Both the position numbers and the translations under genes were made by a program. The notes beneath the pieces are model-generated. The model saw only the letters and a list, made by a program, of their open reading frames with translations. It did no database searches and was not told where the DNA came from. A DNA stretch of 64,000 nucleotides from Methanothermobacter tenebrarum (GTDB taxonomy: Archaea > Methanobacteriota > Methanobacteria > Methanobacteriales > DSM-23052). The stretch spans positions 1 through 64,000 of the forward strand of contig NZ_QLOE01000001.1 of the NCBI RefSeq assembly GCF_003264935.1. The letters run 5' to 3'. Position 1 is the first letter of the stretch, and each line of letters opens with the position of its first letter. This document shows, piece by piece, positions 32,214-42,299 of the stretch.

Positions 32214-33194
32214 ATGGACATCTTCGATGAAATCTACCAAGATTTCGAAAAAATAAATGGATTCAACGGTATGATAATAATAGATAATCAGAGCATCCTA
32301 TATGACAGAATAACACCAAGGATCGATAAAACACAGATAGAGTCCATGGCAAGGGTTATAAACGAATCATCCCAAAAGCTGCTTAAAAGAACAGGACAAG
32401 GCCGCTGCAAGAAAATAATTCTAGAATTCCAAAAGAATAACATGATACTACTAGGTATTGAAGAGATCCACCTTATAGTAATAGCAGACAAAGGCGCCAA
32501 ACTCGGCCACATAATCCTCGTATCAGAAAAAAATAGAAAAAAACTCCACCAGATAGAAAAAACACCAAAAATCAAAAAGAAGGCTGGTGAAGTTCCACCC
32601 AAGATAAAAAAAGAAATCACCATTCCAGAAGAAGTTAAAAGTTTACCCGAGGAAGAAGGGGAATTAACCCATCCAAAGGAGGAGGTTAAAGGTTTACCTG
32701 AAATAAAACCGCCAATTTCACTCCCCAGGATGGAAAAAGAGGTTAAAATACCCACTAATGAAAAAGAAAAAACCAGATTAACCCTTGAAATATATGAAAA
32801 CATACTACTTGCAATGTCAATTGGAGCCAGTAAAATAATGGGAGTGGCACCAGCCAGGGGAATGTTAAAAAAGTCATTACCATACAAAGAATGTCCACAG
32901 ATCCTCGAAGACGTTGAAGTTAAAGCAAATGCAGCCATAGAATTCAACACCATAAAATCTAATGTAGAAAGATCCCAATACAAACCAGAAGACATCATAG
33001 AAGATCTTAATAAAATAATATGGTCTATAACAGAAAATTATGGTAGAGTAATGGGATATGATGCGTTTAGGGGTATGATAAGGCCAGAATTTAAAACAAT
33101 CCATGAAACGTATGGCAAGGCGATGGAAAAACTTGGAATAATAGATGGAATACACCCAGAACTTAAAAAAATTTGGGAAAAACCATCATCATAG
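32214..33194 (+). CDS. hypothetical protein: roadblock-like N-terminal domain, then a Lys/Glu/Pro-rich linker and a C-terminal globular domain
   Basis: 326 aa. The N-terminal region resembles the LC7 fold (…GFNGMIIIDNQSILYD…). The linker carries repetitive EEVKSLPEEEG / EEVKGLPEIKPP. Confidence 0.35.
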   Translation: MDIFDEIYQDFEKINGFNGMIIIDNQSILYDRITPRIDKTQIESMARVINESSQKLLKRTGQGRCKKIILEFQKNNMILLGIEEIHLIVIADKGAKLGHIILVSEKNRKKLHQIEKTPKIKKKAGEVPPKIKKEITIPEEVKSLPEEEGELTHPKEEVKGLPEIKPPISLPRMEKEVKIPTNEKEKTRLTLEIYENILLAMSIGASKIMGVAPARGMLKKSLPYKECPQILEDVEVKANAAIEFNTIKSNVERSQYKPEDIIEDLNKIIWSITENYGRVMGYDAFRGMIRPEFKTIHETYGKAMEKLGIIDGIHPELKKIWEKPSS

Positions 33195-33236
33195 GAACAC
33201 ACCCGAAATTCACCATATTGACGGGAGCAAAATAAG

Positions 33237-33692
33237 ATGTTAGGAGAAAAAGAACTTATAAAGCTTTTCCCGGAATTCGAAGATCTAATACAACCAGCTG
33301 GTATAGACTTGCGCCTTGACGAAGTATTCGAACAAGCCGGCCCCGCATCGCTCTTAGATGATAAAAAAAGATTACCAGAACTCCGAAAGTTAAAACCTCC
33401 ACTTTATAATTTAAAACCTAAAAAAGCTTACCTTGTAACCGTGGACAGAAAAATAAAAATCCCAAAGGGTTATGCTATGATATACCTCCCTCGTTCAACA
33501 CTACTAAGATCTTTTATAGGAGTACACACAGCACTTGGAGATCCAGGATTCCAAGGAAGATTAAGATTCTTGGTTTATAATTACGGGGACTTTGAATATA
33601 AAATAAAAAGAGGGGAGAGAATAGCGCAGGCCATTGTATTCAAAGTTAAGGGCTCTGGAGAATATAACGGAAGCTACCAGGAACCACTATAA
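33237..33692 (+). CDS. dut: dUTPase / dCTP-deaminase-family protein (dUTP diphosphatase-like)
   Basis: 151 aa. …AGIDLRLDEVF… and a Gly-rich C-terminus match the small archaeal dUTPase type. A second dUTPase-superfamily member in the window. Confidence 0.55.
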   Translation: MLGEKELIKLFPEFEDLIQPAGIDLRLDEVFEQAGPASLLDDKKRLPELRKLKPPLYNLKPKKAYLVTVDRKIKIPKGYAMIYLPRSTLLRSFIGVHTALGDPGFQGRLRFLVYNYGDFEYKIKRGERIAQAIVFKVKGSGEYNGSYQEPL

Positions 33693-35639
33693 TGCTTTCT
33701 CCAGTTCATCAACGGCCTCGGGGTTCGCGAGGGTGCTCGTATCACCCACATCTTCCCCTATAAGTTTCGCTTTTATTATCCGCCTCATTATCTTACCCGA
33801 TCTAGTCTTGGGAAGATCATCCACGAACCCAATATAACTTGGAGTTGCTATAGGGCCTATCTCCTTCCGCACATGCTCTCTGAGCACTCCTTTAAGGTGC
33901 TGGGTCGGTTTAACATCCTCTTTTAATATTACAAAAGCCGCTATTTCCTCTCCTTTGAGAATATCTGGTTTCCCAACAACTGCAGCCTCCACCACAAGGG
34001 GGTGGCTTACAAGCGCAGATTCAACCTCTGCAGTACTTATCCTGTGACCTGCAACATTCAAGATATCATCTTCCCTACCCTGTATCCAGAAGTAACCATC
34101 CTCGTCTATCCTCCCAACATCCCCTGTAAGGTAAATGTTGGGGAATTTACTCCAATAGGACTCAATGTAACGTTTCTCATCCTTGTAAAGTGTTCTGAAC
34201 ATCGCCGGCCATGGAGTCTTAATTACAAGGTGCCCACCTTCACCCCTTAAACTGTTACCATCATCATCTAATACATCAGCTTTTATCGTTGGGAAGGGTT
34301 TATATGCTGAACCTGGTTTCAATGGGCTTATAGGTAAAGGTGTTATAATGTGCATTCCTGTTTCGGTCTGCCACCATGTATCCATTATAGGACATCTTCT
34401 TCCACCAATATTTTCATAATACCACATCCACGCCTCTGGGTTTATAGGCTCCCCCACAGATCCTAGCAACCTCAAACTGCTCAGATCATGATCTTGGGGC
34501 CACTTTTCACCGTATTTCATGAACATCCTCACTAGGGTGGGTGCAGTGTAGAATATTGTAACCCCGTAATCTTCTATCATCTTCCAAAGTCTTCCAGGGT
34601 CTGGATAGTCTGGAGCGCCATCATATAAAATTGATGTGGCCCCTGCTATCAAGGGTCCATAAACTACGTAACTGTGGCCTGTTATCCATCCTATGTCTGC
34701 TGTGCACCAATAGATGTCATCGTCTCGGATGTCGAAGACGAATTTCATTGTTGTGTAGGTTCCCACAGCGTATCCTCCATGTGTATGTACCACGCCCTTG
34801 GGTTTGCCTGTCGTTCCTGAGGTGTAGAGTATGAACAATGTGTCCTCGGCTCCTAGTATTTCGGTTTCGCATTCTTTTTCTTGTCCTTTTAGGAGGTCGT
34901 CCCAGAAGACGTCTCTTCCCTCTTTCATATCCACTTCTGTCTTTAAGTGTTCTACAACTATGACCTTCTCTATGGTCGGTATATCATCTATGACTGTGTC
35001 TAATGTGTCTTTGAGTTTTATAAGTTTTCCTCGTCGGTGAAACGCGTCAGCTGTTATCACTATCTTCGATCCCGCGTCTATTGCCCTTTCTTTGAATGCT
35101 TTGGCCCAGAATCCTGAGAAGACTACGCTGTGTATTGCCCCGATTTTTGCGCATGCCAGCATTGCAATGGGCAGTTCTGGTATCATCGGAAGATAAATGC
35201 TTACTCTATCCCCCTTCCTGACTCCTAATCCTTTCAGAGCATTTGCTAATCGGTTCACTTCCCTGTAGAGGTCGAAGTATGTTAATTTCCTTCGCCTACC
35301 ATCCTCTCCTTCCCATATGTAGGCTATTTTATTTTTTCTCCACCCTTTAGCGTGCCTATCAAGTGCATTGTGGACTATGTTAAATTTACCATCTGCAAAC
35401 CATTTGGCATATGGAGGATTCCATTCTAATATTTTAGTATAGGGTTCGAACCAGTCCAATTCTTGTGCTAACTCGTCCCAGAACCATTCTGGGTCTTCTT
35501 CACATCTTTTAATGAGTTCAGAGTAACCTTTTATATTCCTTTCGTCCATCCATTTCCTAATATTGCTTTCTTTAACAAGTTCTTCTGGTGGATAGAATAT
35601 TCTCTTCTCATGGAGTAATGCATCTAGATGGTCGCTCAT
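33687..35639 (-). CDS. acs: acetyl-CoA synthetase (AMP-forming)
   Basis: 650 aa. YTSGTTGKPKG AMP-binding motif and the characteristic Acs N-terminus. Confidence 0.8.
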   Translation of the reverse strand: MSDHLDALLHEKRIFYPPEELVKESNIRKWMDERNIKGYSELIKRCEEDPEWFWDELAQELDWFEPYTKILEWNPPYAKWFADGKFNIVHNALDRHAKGWRKNKIAYIWEGEDGRRRKLTYFDLYREVNRLANALKGLGVRKGDRVSIYLPMIPELPIAMLACAKIGAIHSVVFSGFWAKAFKERAIDAGSKIVITADAFHRRGKLIKLKDTLDTVIDDIPTIEKVIVVEHLKTEVDMKEGRDVFWDDLLKGQEKECETEILGAEDTLFILYTSGTTGKPKGVVHTHGGYAVGTYTTMKFVFDIRDDDIYWCTADIGWITGHSYVVYGPLIAGATSILYDGAPDYPDPGRLWKMIEDYGVTIFYTAPTLVRMFMKYGEKWPQDHDLSSLRLLGSVGEPINPEAWMWYYENIGGRRCPIMDTWWQTETGMHIITPLPISPLKPGSAYKPFPTIKADVLDDDGNSLRGEGGHLVIKTPWPAMFRTLYKDEKRYIESYWSKFPNIYLTGDVGRIDEDGYFWIQGREDDILNVAGHRISTAEVESALVSHPLVVEAAVVGKPDILKGEEIAAFVILKEDVKPTQHLKGVLREHVRKEIGPIATPSYIGFVDDLPKTRSGKIMRRIIKAKLIGEDVGDTSTLANPEAVDELEKAL

Positions 35640-35708
35640 AAATTCTCACCTTATATGTATTTTTGGTTTGAGATAATATTTTAAAGTTATATTTAGGGGA
35701 TTTGGTCT

Positions 35709-37304
35709 ATGAAATGTTCCGATGCTATCATAAAATTATTAGAAGACGCTGGTATAAAATATGTTTTCGGTCATCCAGGTGAACATGTATTACCCCTTTA
35801 TGATTCCATGAGGACCTCAAGCATTGAACACATACTTTTAAGGCATGAACAAGGGGCTGCGCATGCAGCGGATGGGTATGCGCGCGCATCTGGGGAAATC
35901 GGCGTCTGCATATCCACAGGGGGTCCAGGTGCCCTGAATCTTGTTATGGGTGTTGCAACAGCCTATAAGGATTCCATACCATTAATCGTGATCACAGGGG
36001 ATATTCCACGGAACCAGATAGGGTTAAACGTATTCCAGGAAGTTGAATTGGAGAAAATATTCAAGCCAATCACAAGATACACCTTCAAACCAAGAAATGG
36101 TGAAGAAACCATATCAATGTTGAAAAAGGCCCTAGTATATTCTAGTAGAGAACCTATGGGCCCCATCCACATTAACATAAATAAGGACATATTCCAAGAG
36201 GAGATAAGGGAAGATTTACTAATAGAGGAGGTAGAATATTCTCCCATGAGGGATTATACTAGCATGGGAGAGGCTATCAGCTTATTAGAATCGTCTAAAA
36301 GGCCTCTCATAGTTGCAGGTGCTGGTGTGCTCTGGAGTCGGGCCGAAGATGATCTCAGAGAACTTATAGAAGCCCATAATATACCAGTTGCGACAACATA
36401 TCCTGCGAGAGGTGTTATAGGTGAAGATCATCCACTATGTTTGGGTATGATAGGCACGAGGGGCACTCCCACAGCTAATTATGCCGGGAAAAACTGTGAC
36501 TTGATCATAGCATTAGGTTCCAGAATATCTGAAAGAACCATAATAGGGTTTGGAGATTCGCCAATAATACATGTGAATATCGACAAGAAAACATTCAAAG
36601 GCGATGTTAATCTCCAAATGGATGTTAAGGAATTCATAGAAATAATAAAATCCAAAGTGAGTTCCTATACTGATTGGATCAGAGAATTGAAGGAGTATTC
36701 GACTAAGAATCCCCCAGCATATGATGATCCGCCGCTCTTGAAAGATTATCCCCTTAAACCCAGCCAAGTTATATCCAGGATATTTGATCTGGCCCCTGAT
36801 GCTATTGTAGTGAATGATGCTGGAAGCCATACAACGTGGGTTACACTTTATAGGAGGGTCTTGGAAAGCCGTTCATTAATATATTCAGGGGCGTTCGGGC
36901 CTATGGGCTATGGACTTCCAGCATCAGTTGGAGTCGGCTTGGCAAGACCCGGAAAGAAGATAATTTTGATAGTAGGTGATGGAGGTTTTCAGATGACCAT
37001 GCAAGAGCTTGGGACAATAATGGAGAGGAAACTGCCTATTATAATATGCATATTGAATAATTCCAGTTTGGGTATAGTAAGGCAATGGCAGGAGATGGAG
37101 TATGGCGAAAGCTACCAAGTCCATCTTAAAAATCCGGATTTTGTTAAATTAGCAAGATCATATAATATAAAATCTTTTAGGATAGAAAAGCCAGAAGAGT
37201 TAGATGATACATTTTCAAGTATTCTTCAGATGAATGAGCCAATTTTGGTTGAAATAAAAGTTGAGGAAGAAGATATCCCATTGCCGCCAAATTTTATCGA
37301 TTAA
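35709..37304 (+). CDS. thiamine-diphosphate-dependent enzyme of the acetolactate-synthase large-subunit family
   Basis: 531 aa. TPP-binding motif IVGDGGFQMTMQELGT. Three-domain ALS/POX layout. Confidence 0.6.
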   Translation: MKCSDAIIKLLEDAGIKYVFGHPGEHVLPLYDSMRTSSIEHILLRHEQGAAHAADGYARASGEIGVCISTGGPGALNLVMGVATAYKDSIPLIVITGDIPRNQIGLNVFQEVELEKIFKPITRYTFKPRNGEETISMLKKALVYSSREPMGPIHININKDIFQEEIREDLLIEEVEYSPMRDYTSMGEAISLLESSKRPLIVAGAGVLWSRAEDDLRELIEAHNIPVATTYPARGVIGEDHPLCLGMIGTRGTPTANYAGKNCDLIIALGSRISERTIIGFGDSPIIHVNIDKKTFKGDVNLQMDVKEFIEIIKSKVSSYTDWIRELKEYSTKNPPAYDDPPLLKDYPLKPSQVISRIFDLAPDAIVVNDAGSHTTWVTLYRRVLESRSLIYSGAFGPMGYGLPASVGVGLARPGKKIILIVGDGGFQMTMQELGTIMERKLPIIICILNNSSLGIVRQWQEMEYGESYQVHLKNPDFVKLARSYNIKSFRIEKPEELDDTFSSILQMNEPILVEIKVEEEDIPLPPNFID

Positions 37305-37399
37305 AGGGGGCTTCCAACTGATGGGGGTGAATCTCCTTTTTGGAGGGTTTATGGGATGTTTGCAGAGCTTATATTAGTTGTGATGGGGTTTGAGGGTGT

Positions 37400-38530
37400 T
37401 CAGAGGTTTTCTAGGCATTCTTCTTTAAGTATTTTGGCGTCTTCGTTTTTTGGGTTTATTCTAAGTGCTCTGTTGAATGATTCGAGGGCTTCTTCGAAGC
37501 GGTTTAATTCGAGTAATGTGACGCCACGGTTGCTCCAAAATATATCATTTTCCGGTTCTAACTCTAATGCCCTGTCATAGCATTCTAGGGCATCTTGAAA
37601 TCTTCCAAGTTCGAATAGTGCATTGCCCTTCCTATTCCAGAGCGTTGCACTTTCATCATCTTCTAATGCGAACTTTAATGCGTTTTCATAAGATTTTATG
37701 GCTTCTTCTTTTCTTCCGAGTTCTGATAGTAGATCGCCCCTAGCGTTCCATGCTCCTACGTTTTTATTATCTGCTTTAATAGCTTTATCATAGTATTTGA
37801 GTGCTTCTTTTTTTTCTCCCATAATCTCTAGTATCACTCCATGCCAGTATAATATGGTTGTATCCTTTGGATTTATTTTGAGAGCTTTATTACTGGAGTT
37901 TAATGCTCCTTTTATGTTACCTGCGTTGAGTAATGTGATTGCCCTGTTGTTCCATATGTGTTCGTTTTCTGGTTCTAATTCTAATGCCTTGTCATAGTAT
38001 TCTATTGCCTTTTGGAATTTTCCAAGTCTTGTGAGGTTGTCTGCTAGCCTATTTAGTATGTAGACATTTTCTGGGTCTAATTTTAAAGCTGCATTATAGC
38101 ATGTTTTTGATTCTTTATATTTTCCAAGGTCGAATAGTATGTCTGCTTTTTGGATTATCATGGCCTTTTGGTCTATTTTTTCGCCTTCCCATTCTTCGAT
38201 TGGCAATTTTTTGAATCTTATAATCTGAAATTCGGTTTCATCATCCACTTCCCCATATATCCTCTCAAATTCTCTTTTAAGTTCATTAGCATCTTTGAAA
38301 CCGTCTTCTTGGGCTAGTTTATCATCTTTTATAAGGTCTTTGAATTTTATGATTTCTACACTTGTAACTTCGGCTTCGAAAACTTTTTGACGCTCTTTTG
38401 ATATGAGGTTCCAGTAACAGTGGAGTCTATCACCTACCTTTAGGCGTTTCTTCCACAGTTTACGTATTGTCATGTTCTTTTCGCCGGTTATAAGGTTGAT
38501 TTGGCGGCTGTTGAATGATAGGATGGGCAA
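37400..38530 (-). CDS. ASCH-domain / TPR-repeat fusion protein
   Basis: 376 aa. The N-terminal 115 aa are ASCH/PUA-like. The rest is about 7 tandem TPR units. Short antisense ORFs in the track ending …FSGSNSNALS reflect the DNA-level TPR repeats. Confidence 0.5.
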   Translation of the reverse strand: MPILSFNSRQINLITGEKNMTIRKLWKKRLKVGDRLHCYWNLISKERQKVFEAEVTSVEIIKFKDLIKDDKLAQEDGFKDANELKREFERIYGEVDDETEFQIIRFKKLPIEEWEGEKIDQKAMIIQKADILFDLGKYKESKTCYNAALKLDPENVYILNRLADNLTRLGKFQKAIEYYDKALELEPENEHIWNNRAITLLNAGNIKGALNSSNKALKINPKDTTILYWHGVILEIMGEKKEALKYYDKAIKADNKNVGAWNARGDLLSELGRKEEAIKSYENALKFALEDDESATLWNRKGNALFELGRFQDALECYDRALELEPENDIFWSNRGVTLLELNRFEEALESFNRALRINPKNEDAKILKEECLENL

Positions 38531-38550
38531 TTCACCCCCTCCACTGCTAC

Positions 38551-39243
38551 TTATATTTTTTCTTCTCCAAATTCTTGCGTTCTGATCTTCACGTTTTCAC
38601 AATACCTTTTAGCTTTTTTTGCGATGTCCTTTAAAATGGAAGGCGATGGTGGGTTAACATTCTTGAGTTTGGGGTCGAGTACCATCTTGTTCCTGAACTG
38701 TTGTATCACATAAAGGTCGCAATTGATTTGAGAAGCAATCCTTACAATGTCTCCTGGTTTTAACAGGTTAGGGACATAGGTAGTCCTGCACTCGAGAAAG
38801 ACCTTGGATTCTGATAATATATTCATTGTTTCTTTAACCTTATCCCCATCCAAACCGAAGAGCTTCCGATATTTTTCAAATGGGGATTTAACGTCAAGTG
38901 CAACATAATCTAATAAGTCCTTTATCCTCTTGACATGTTTTGGCTGGTAGCCATTGGTGTCCAATTTCGTTTTAAGGTTTTGTGACCTGGCGAATTCTAG
39001 AACTTTCACTAGTTCGTCTATTTGTAGGAGTGGTTCGCCACCACTTATCACAATAGCATCCACTAAATCCTTGGATTCTATTATCTTTTTGTAAATGTCT
39101 TTGAGTGAAACATTTTTTCCTCCTTTTATTAGTTCTGGATTATGGCAATATGGACATTTAAGCGGACAACCAGCGAGGAATATTACAAGTGATGGCGTGC
39201 CTGGAAAATCCACTGTAGAAATACTATAATCTCCAATCTTCAT
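38551..39243 (-). CDS. radical SAM activating-enzyme-like protein (NrdG/PflA family)
   Basis: 230 aa. GCPLKCPYCHN (the GCxxxCxYCxN motif of glycyl-radical activases), GGEPLLQ. Confidence 0.5.
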   Translation of the reverse strand: MKIGDYSISTVDFPGTPSLVIFLAGCPLKCPYCHNPELIKGGKNVSLKDIYKKIIESKDLVDAIVISGGEPLLQIDELVKVLEFARSQNLKTKLDTNGYQPKHVKRIKDLLDYVALDVKSPFEKYRKLFGLDGDKVKETMNILSESKVFLECRTTYVPNLLKPGDIVRIASQINCDLYVIQQFRNKMVLDPKLKNVNPPSPSILKDIAKKAKRYCENVKIRTQEFGEEKI

Positions 39244-39247
39244 AAAA

Positions 39248-40348
39248 TCACTCTATGATATCCCCAAGGGCTTCTATGAACTTATCATTTTCTTTCATTG
39301 TCCCCACACTCACACGTATCCAATATTCATCCAAGCCCTTGAATGATGTGCAATCTCTAACTATAACACCCCTCTTCAGCAGCTCATCCGTCAATTTACC
39401 CGCGTTCATGCCAGTTTCGCGTATATCTACTAGTAGGTAATTTGCATAGGATCTGAGGACTCTGATCTTATCCATTTGTAGAAGTCTGGAATATAGATAT
39501 TCTCTACTTTTAATTGAAAATTCAACAGATCTCTTTATATAATCCTTGTCAGATAATGTTGCAAGGGCGGCTACATGCGAAAGTCTAGTCAAACTGAAAA
39601 CAGGCTTAACACGATGCATATAATCTATTATCCTGGGATTTGAAATACCATAACCTATACGCATACCAGCAAGGCCCATAGCCTTTGAAAATGTTCTTAG
39701 GATGAGCAGGTTCTCATAATCTTCGAGAAGTTCTATGTTACTGACACGTGCAAATTCAAAATAGGCTTCATCCACCACAACTAATGCAGAGGTTGACTCA
39801 AGTATCTTGATTATATCATCCTTTGGGATCAGGCCACCGGTAGGATTGTTGGGAGTGCACAAGAATATAAGCCGTGTTTTATCATTTATGGATTCTATGA
39901 CAGATTTTGTATCAACGGTATTCTTTTCCATGTCCCATTTTGCATAGGCTGGTCTTGCACCATATGGGCGTAGAGTATATTCATAATACATGTAGGATGG
40001 TATTGGTACGATGAATTCTGTGCCAGTTTCCATGAAGGTTTTACCGAGTAGATCTATTATCTCATCGGCGCCATCACCCCCAACTATTATCTGATTGGGG
40101 GATGTTCCTGAATAGTCTGCAATTGCTTTTTTAAGATCATCCAATCCCGATTCGGGGTATCTATGCATGTTCTTGGTTTCGCGTTTCACTGCTTTAACAG
40201 CCTTAGGTGAAGGTCCGAGGGGGTTTTCATTGGATCCGAGTTTCACGATTTCGCTTTCTTTAAGATGGTATTCTTCAGCTATTTCTTTAGTTGATCTTCC
40301 AGGTACATATGGTTCTATTTGTAGTATGGTATCCCTTATCTTGGCCAT
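39248..40348 (-). CDS. hisC: histidinol-phosphate aminotransferase
   Basis: 366 aa. HisC-type N-terminus (…IQIEPYVPGRS…), class II aminotransferase PLP region. Confidence 0.7.
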   Translation of the reverse strand: MAKIRDTILQIEPYVPGRSTKEIAEEYHLKESEIVKLGSNENPLGPSPKAVKAVKRETKNMHRYPESGLDDLKKAIADYSGTSPNQIIVGGDGADEIIDLLGKTFMETGTEFIVPIPSYMYYEYTLRPYGARPAYAKWDMEKNTVDTKSVIESINDKTRLIFLCTPNNPTGGLIPKDDIIKILESTSALVVVDEAYFEFARVSNIELLEDYENLLILRTFSKAMGLAGMRIGYGISNPRIIDYMHRVKPVFSLTRLSHVAALATLSDKDYIKRSVEFSIKSREYLYSRLLQMDKIRVLRSYANYLLVDIRETGMNAGKLTDELLKRGVIVRDCTSFKGLDEYWIRVSVGTMKENDKFIEALGDIIE

Positions 40349-40815
40349 TATAACCCCTTCTTGGCGAGTTTAGAGTATCTTAGTGCATTGTCTTTTACAG
40401 ATTTTATCTCTTCTTTTGTAAGTTCTCTTATTAGCCTCCCTGGGACGCCGAGTATTAGACTCCCTGGTGGGAATTCTTTTCCCTCGGTTACAACAGTACC
40501 CGCTCCTATAATGGAATCTTCGTTGATGGTGGAGCCGTTGAGGATGGTTGCGTTCATCCCTATAAGTACATTATCCTTTATCCTGCAACCATGTAATACA
40601 GCTGCATGTCCTACAGATACATAGTCTCCTATTATGGTCTTGAAGCCTTTGCTTGTATGTACTACACAATTGTCTTGGATATTGGAATATGAGCCTATCT
40701 TGATGGGTTCGATGTCACCTCTCACCACGGCGTTATACCAGATTGATGAATGATCCCCTATTTCGACTTCACCTATTATTTTAGCTCCACTGAAGACTTT
40801 AAAGTTCTTTCCCAT
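40348..40815 (-). CDS. left-handed β-helix (hexapeptide-repeat) protein, γ-carbonic-anhydrase / acetyltransferase-like
   Basis: 155 aa of hexapeptide repeats, with conserved His residues as in γ-CA-like proteins. Confidence 0.55.
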   Translation of the reverse strand: MGKNFKVFSGAKIIGEVEIGDHSSIWYNAVVRGDIEPIKIGSYSNIQDNCVVHTSKGFKTIIGDYVSVGHAAVLHGCRIKDNVLIGMNATILNGSTINEDSIIGAGTVVTEGKEFPPGSLILGVPGRLIRELTKEEIKSVKDNALRYSKLAKKGL

Positions 40816-41033
40816 CTTCTACACCTGAATTAGAGGCCGTTATGATATAATTAGTATATAGAGTTAATAAGTATTTTCTTAAGAATCTATTCCCACGCCT
40901 AGGGTGTGAAGGATTAAAATAAAACTTTTATTTGGACGTGATAAGAATCCGTATAATAGGATTTTTGGGCCATCCTATAGATACAGTAGGAGGGCTTCTA
41001 AACCTTAAATTTTGTGGGGGTTAGGTTGCGAAT

Positions 41034-42299
41034 TTAGTTTCTTTTACTGATTATATGTTCTTGATTTACTATTACTAGTTTGTTTGATGGTATGTCATGT
41101 GATATTATACTCCCAGGTCCTATGTGGGATCCAACACCTACCTTAATGCCTGGGTTAAAGGAGGAATTGACACCAGTTTTAACATTATCTGCGAAGATCA
41201 CCCCCATCTTGCGGCGGCCTGTGTCTATTTTTTCCCCTTTTATAGTCATCTTTACATGGTTATCGTCGAATCTGAGGTTTGCTATGTTTGTTCCCGCGCC
41301 GAGGTTGCAGTTTTCTCCGATGACAGAATCTCCTACATAGGATAAATGGTTTATATTTGTTTTATCCATTATTATGGAGTTTTTGATTTCAACGGCGTTT
41401 CCTATGCTTACATCGTCTCCTATTGACGTGTTTGCTCTGATGTAGGAATTGGGTCCTATTTCACAGTTTTTTCCTATGTAGACGGGGCCTATAATGTATG
41501 TTCCTGATCTTATTATGCTATCTTCTCCTAGGATGATCGGCCCATGGATTGTGACGTTGTCCTCTATTTCACCTTTTATATCCTCTTTCATGTTTTTAAG
41601 GAGTGTTTCATTGGCTTCTAGTAGTTCCCATGGTTTTCCAACGTCTACCCAATGCCTTTTGGATATTATACCTTTTATTGTTAAATTGTCTTTTATTTGC
41701 ATTTTGATGGAATCTGTTATCTCGTATTCTCCGCGGGGTGATTTTTCTGTCCTTTCAATGTAATCGAATATTTTATGGTTGAATAGGTATATTCCAGTGT
41801 TTATTAGGTTCCCTGGGGCTTTATTTGCTGGTGGTTTTTCTATGATATCTTTTACATTGTCTCCTTCTAGTGTAACAACTCCGAATTGGCTTGGATCTTT
41901 AACTTCTCTGAGTACTATGGTGGTGTCTGCTTTTTTATAATGTGATAGTAGGTCTGTGATGGTGGCTGGTTCTGTGATGATGTCGCCGTTGAGTACTATG
42001 AAATCATCTTCTATGTATTCTCTGGCATATTTTATTGCGTGTGCTGTTCCTAGTTGCTCCTTTTGTGTATGGTATCTTATATTTACGTTGAATTTGTCCC
42101 CGTTATCGAAATATTCTTTCACCTTTGATTCATGGTATCCTGTTATCATTATAATGTCTTTGATGCCGTTTTCTCTTAGGGCTTCTATGTTATATTGTAG
42201 TATGGGTTTGCCTGCTATTGGGAGCATTGTCTTGGGCCTTGTGAGTGTGAGGGGTCTCATCCTTGTCCCTTCACCTGCAGTTAGGATGACTGCTTGCAT
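41034..42299 (-). CDS. bifunctional sugar-1-phosphate nucleotidyltransferase / acetyltransferase (archaeal GlmU-like)
   Basis: 421 aa. N-terminal MQAVILTAGEGTRMRPLT nucleotidyltransferase motif. C-terminal hexapeptide-repeat LbH domain. Confidence 0.65.
   Translation of the reverse strand: MQAVILTAGEGTRMRPLTLTRPKTMLPIAGKPILQYNIEALRENGIKDIIMITGYHESKVKEYFDNGDKFNVNIRYHTQKEQLGTAHAIKYAREYIEDDFIVLNGDIITEPATITDLLSHYKKADTTIVLREVKDPSQFGVVTLEGDNVKDIIEKPPANKAPGNLINTGIYLFNHKIFDYIERTEKSPRGEYEITDSIKMQIKDNLTIKGIISKRHWVDVGKPWELLEANETLLKNMKEDIKGEIEDNVTIHGPIILGEDSIIRSGTYIIGPVYIGKNCEIGPNSYIRANTSIGDDVSIGNAVEIKNSIIMDKTNINHLSYVGDSVIGENCNLGAGTNIANLRFDDNHVKMTIKGEKIDTGRRKMGVIFADNVKTGVNSSFNPGIKVGVGSHIGPGSIISHDIPSNKLVIVNQEHIISKRN

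Noticed and set aside
37400-38000. Regularly spaced DNA repeats that could be mistaken for a CRISPR array
   Set aside because: The repeats lie in frame inside a long ORF and encode canonical 34-residue TPR units. The spacing and the lack of spacer-like unique segments are inconsistent with CRISPR.
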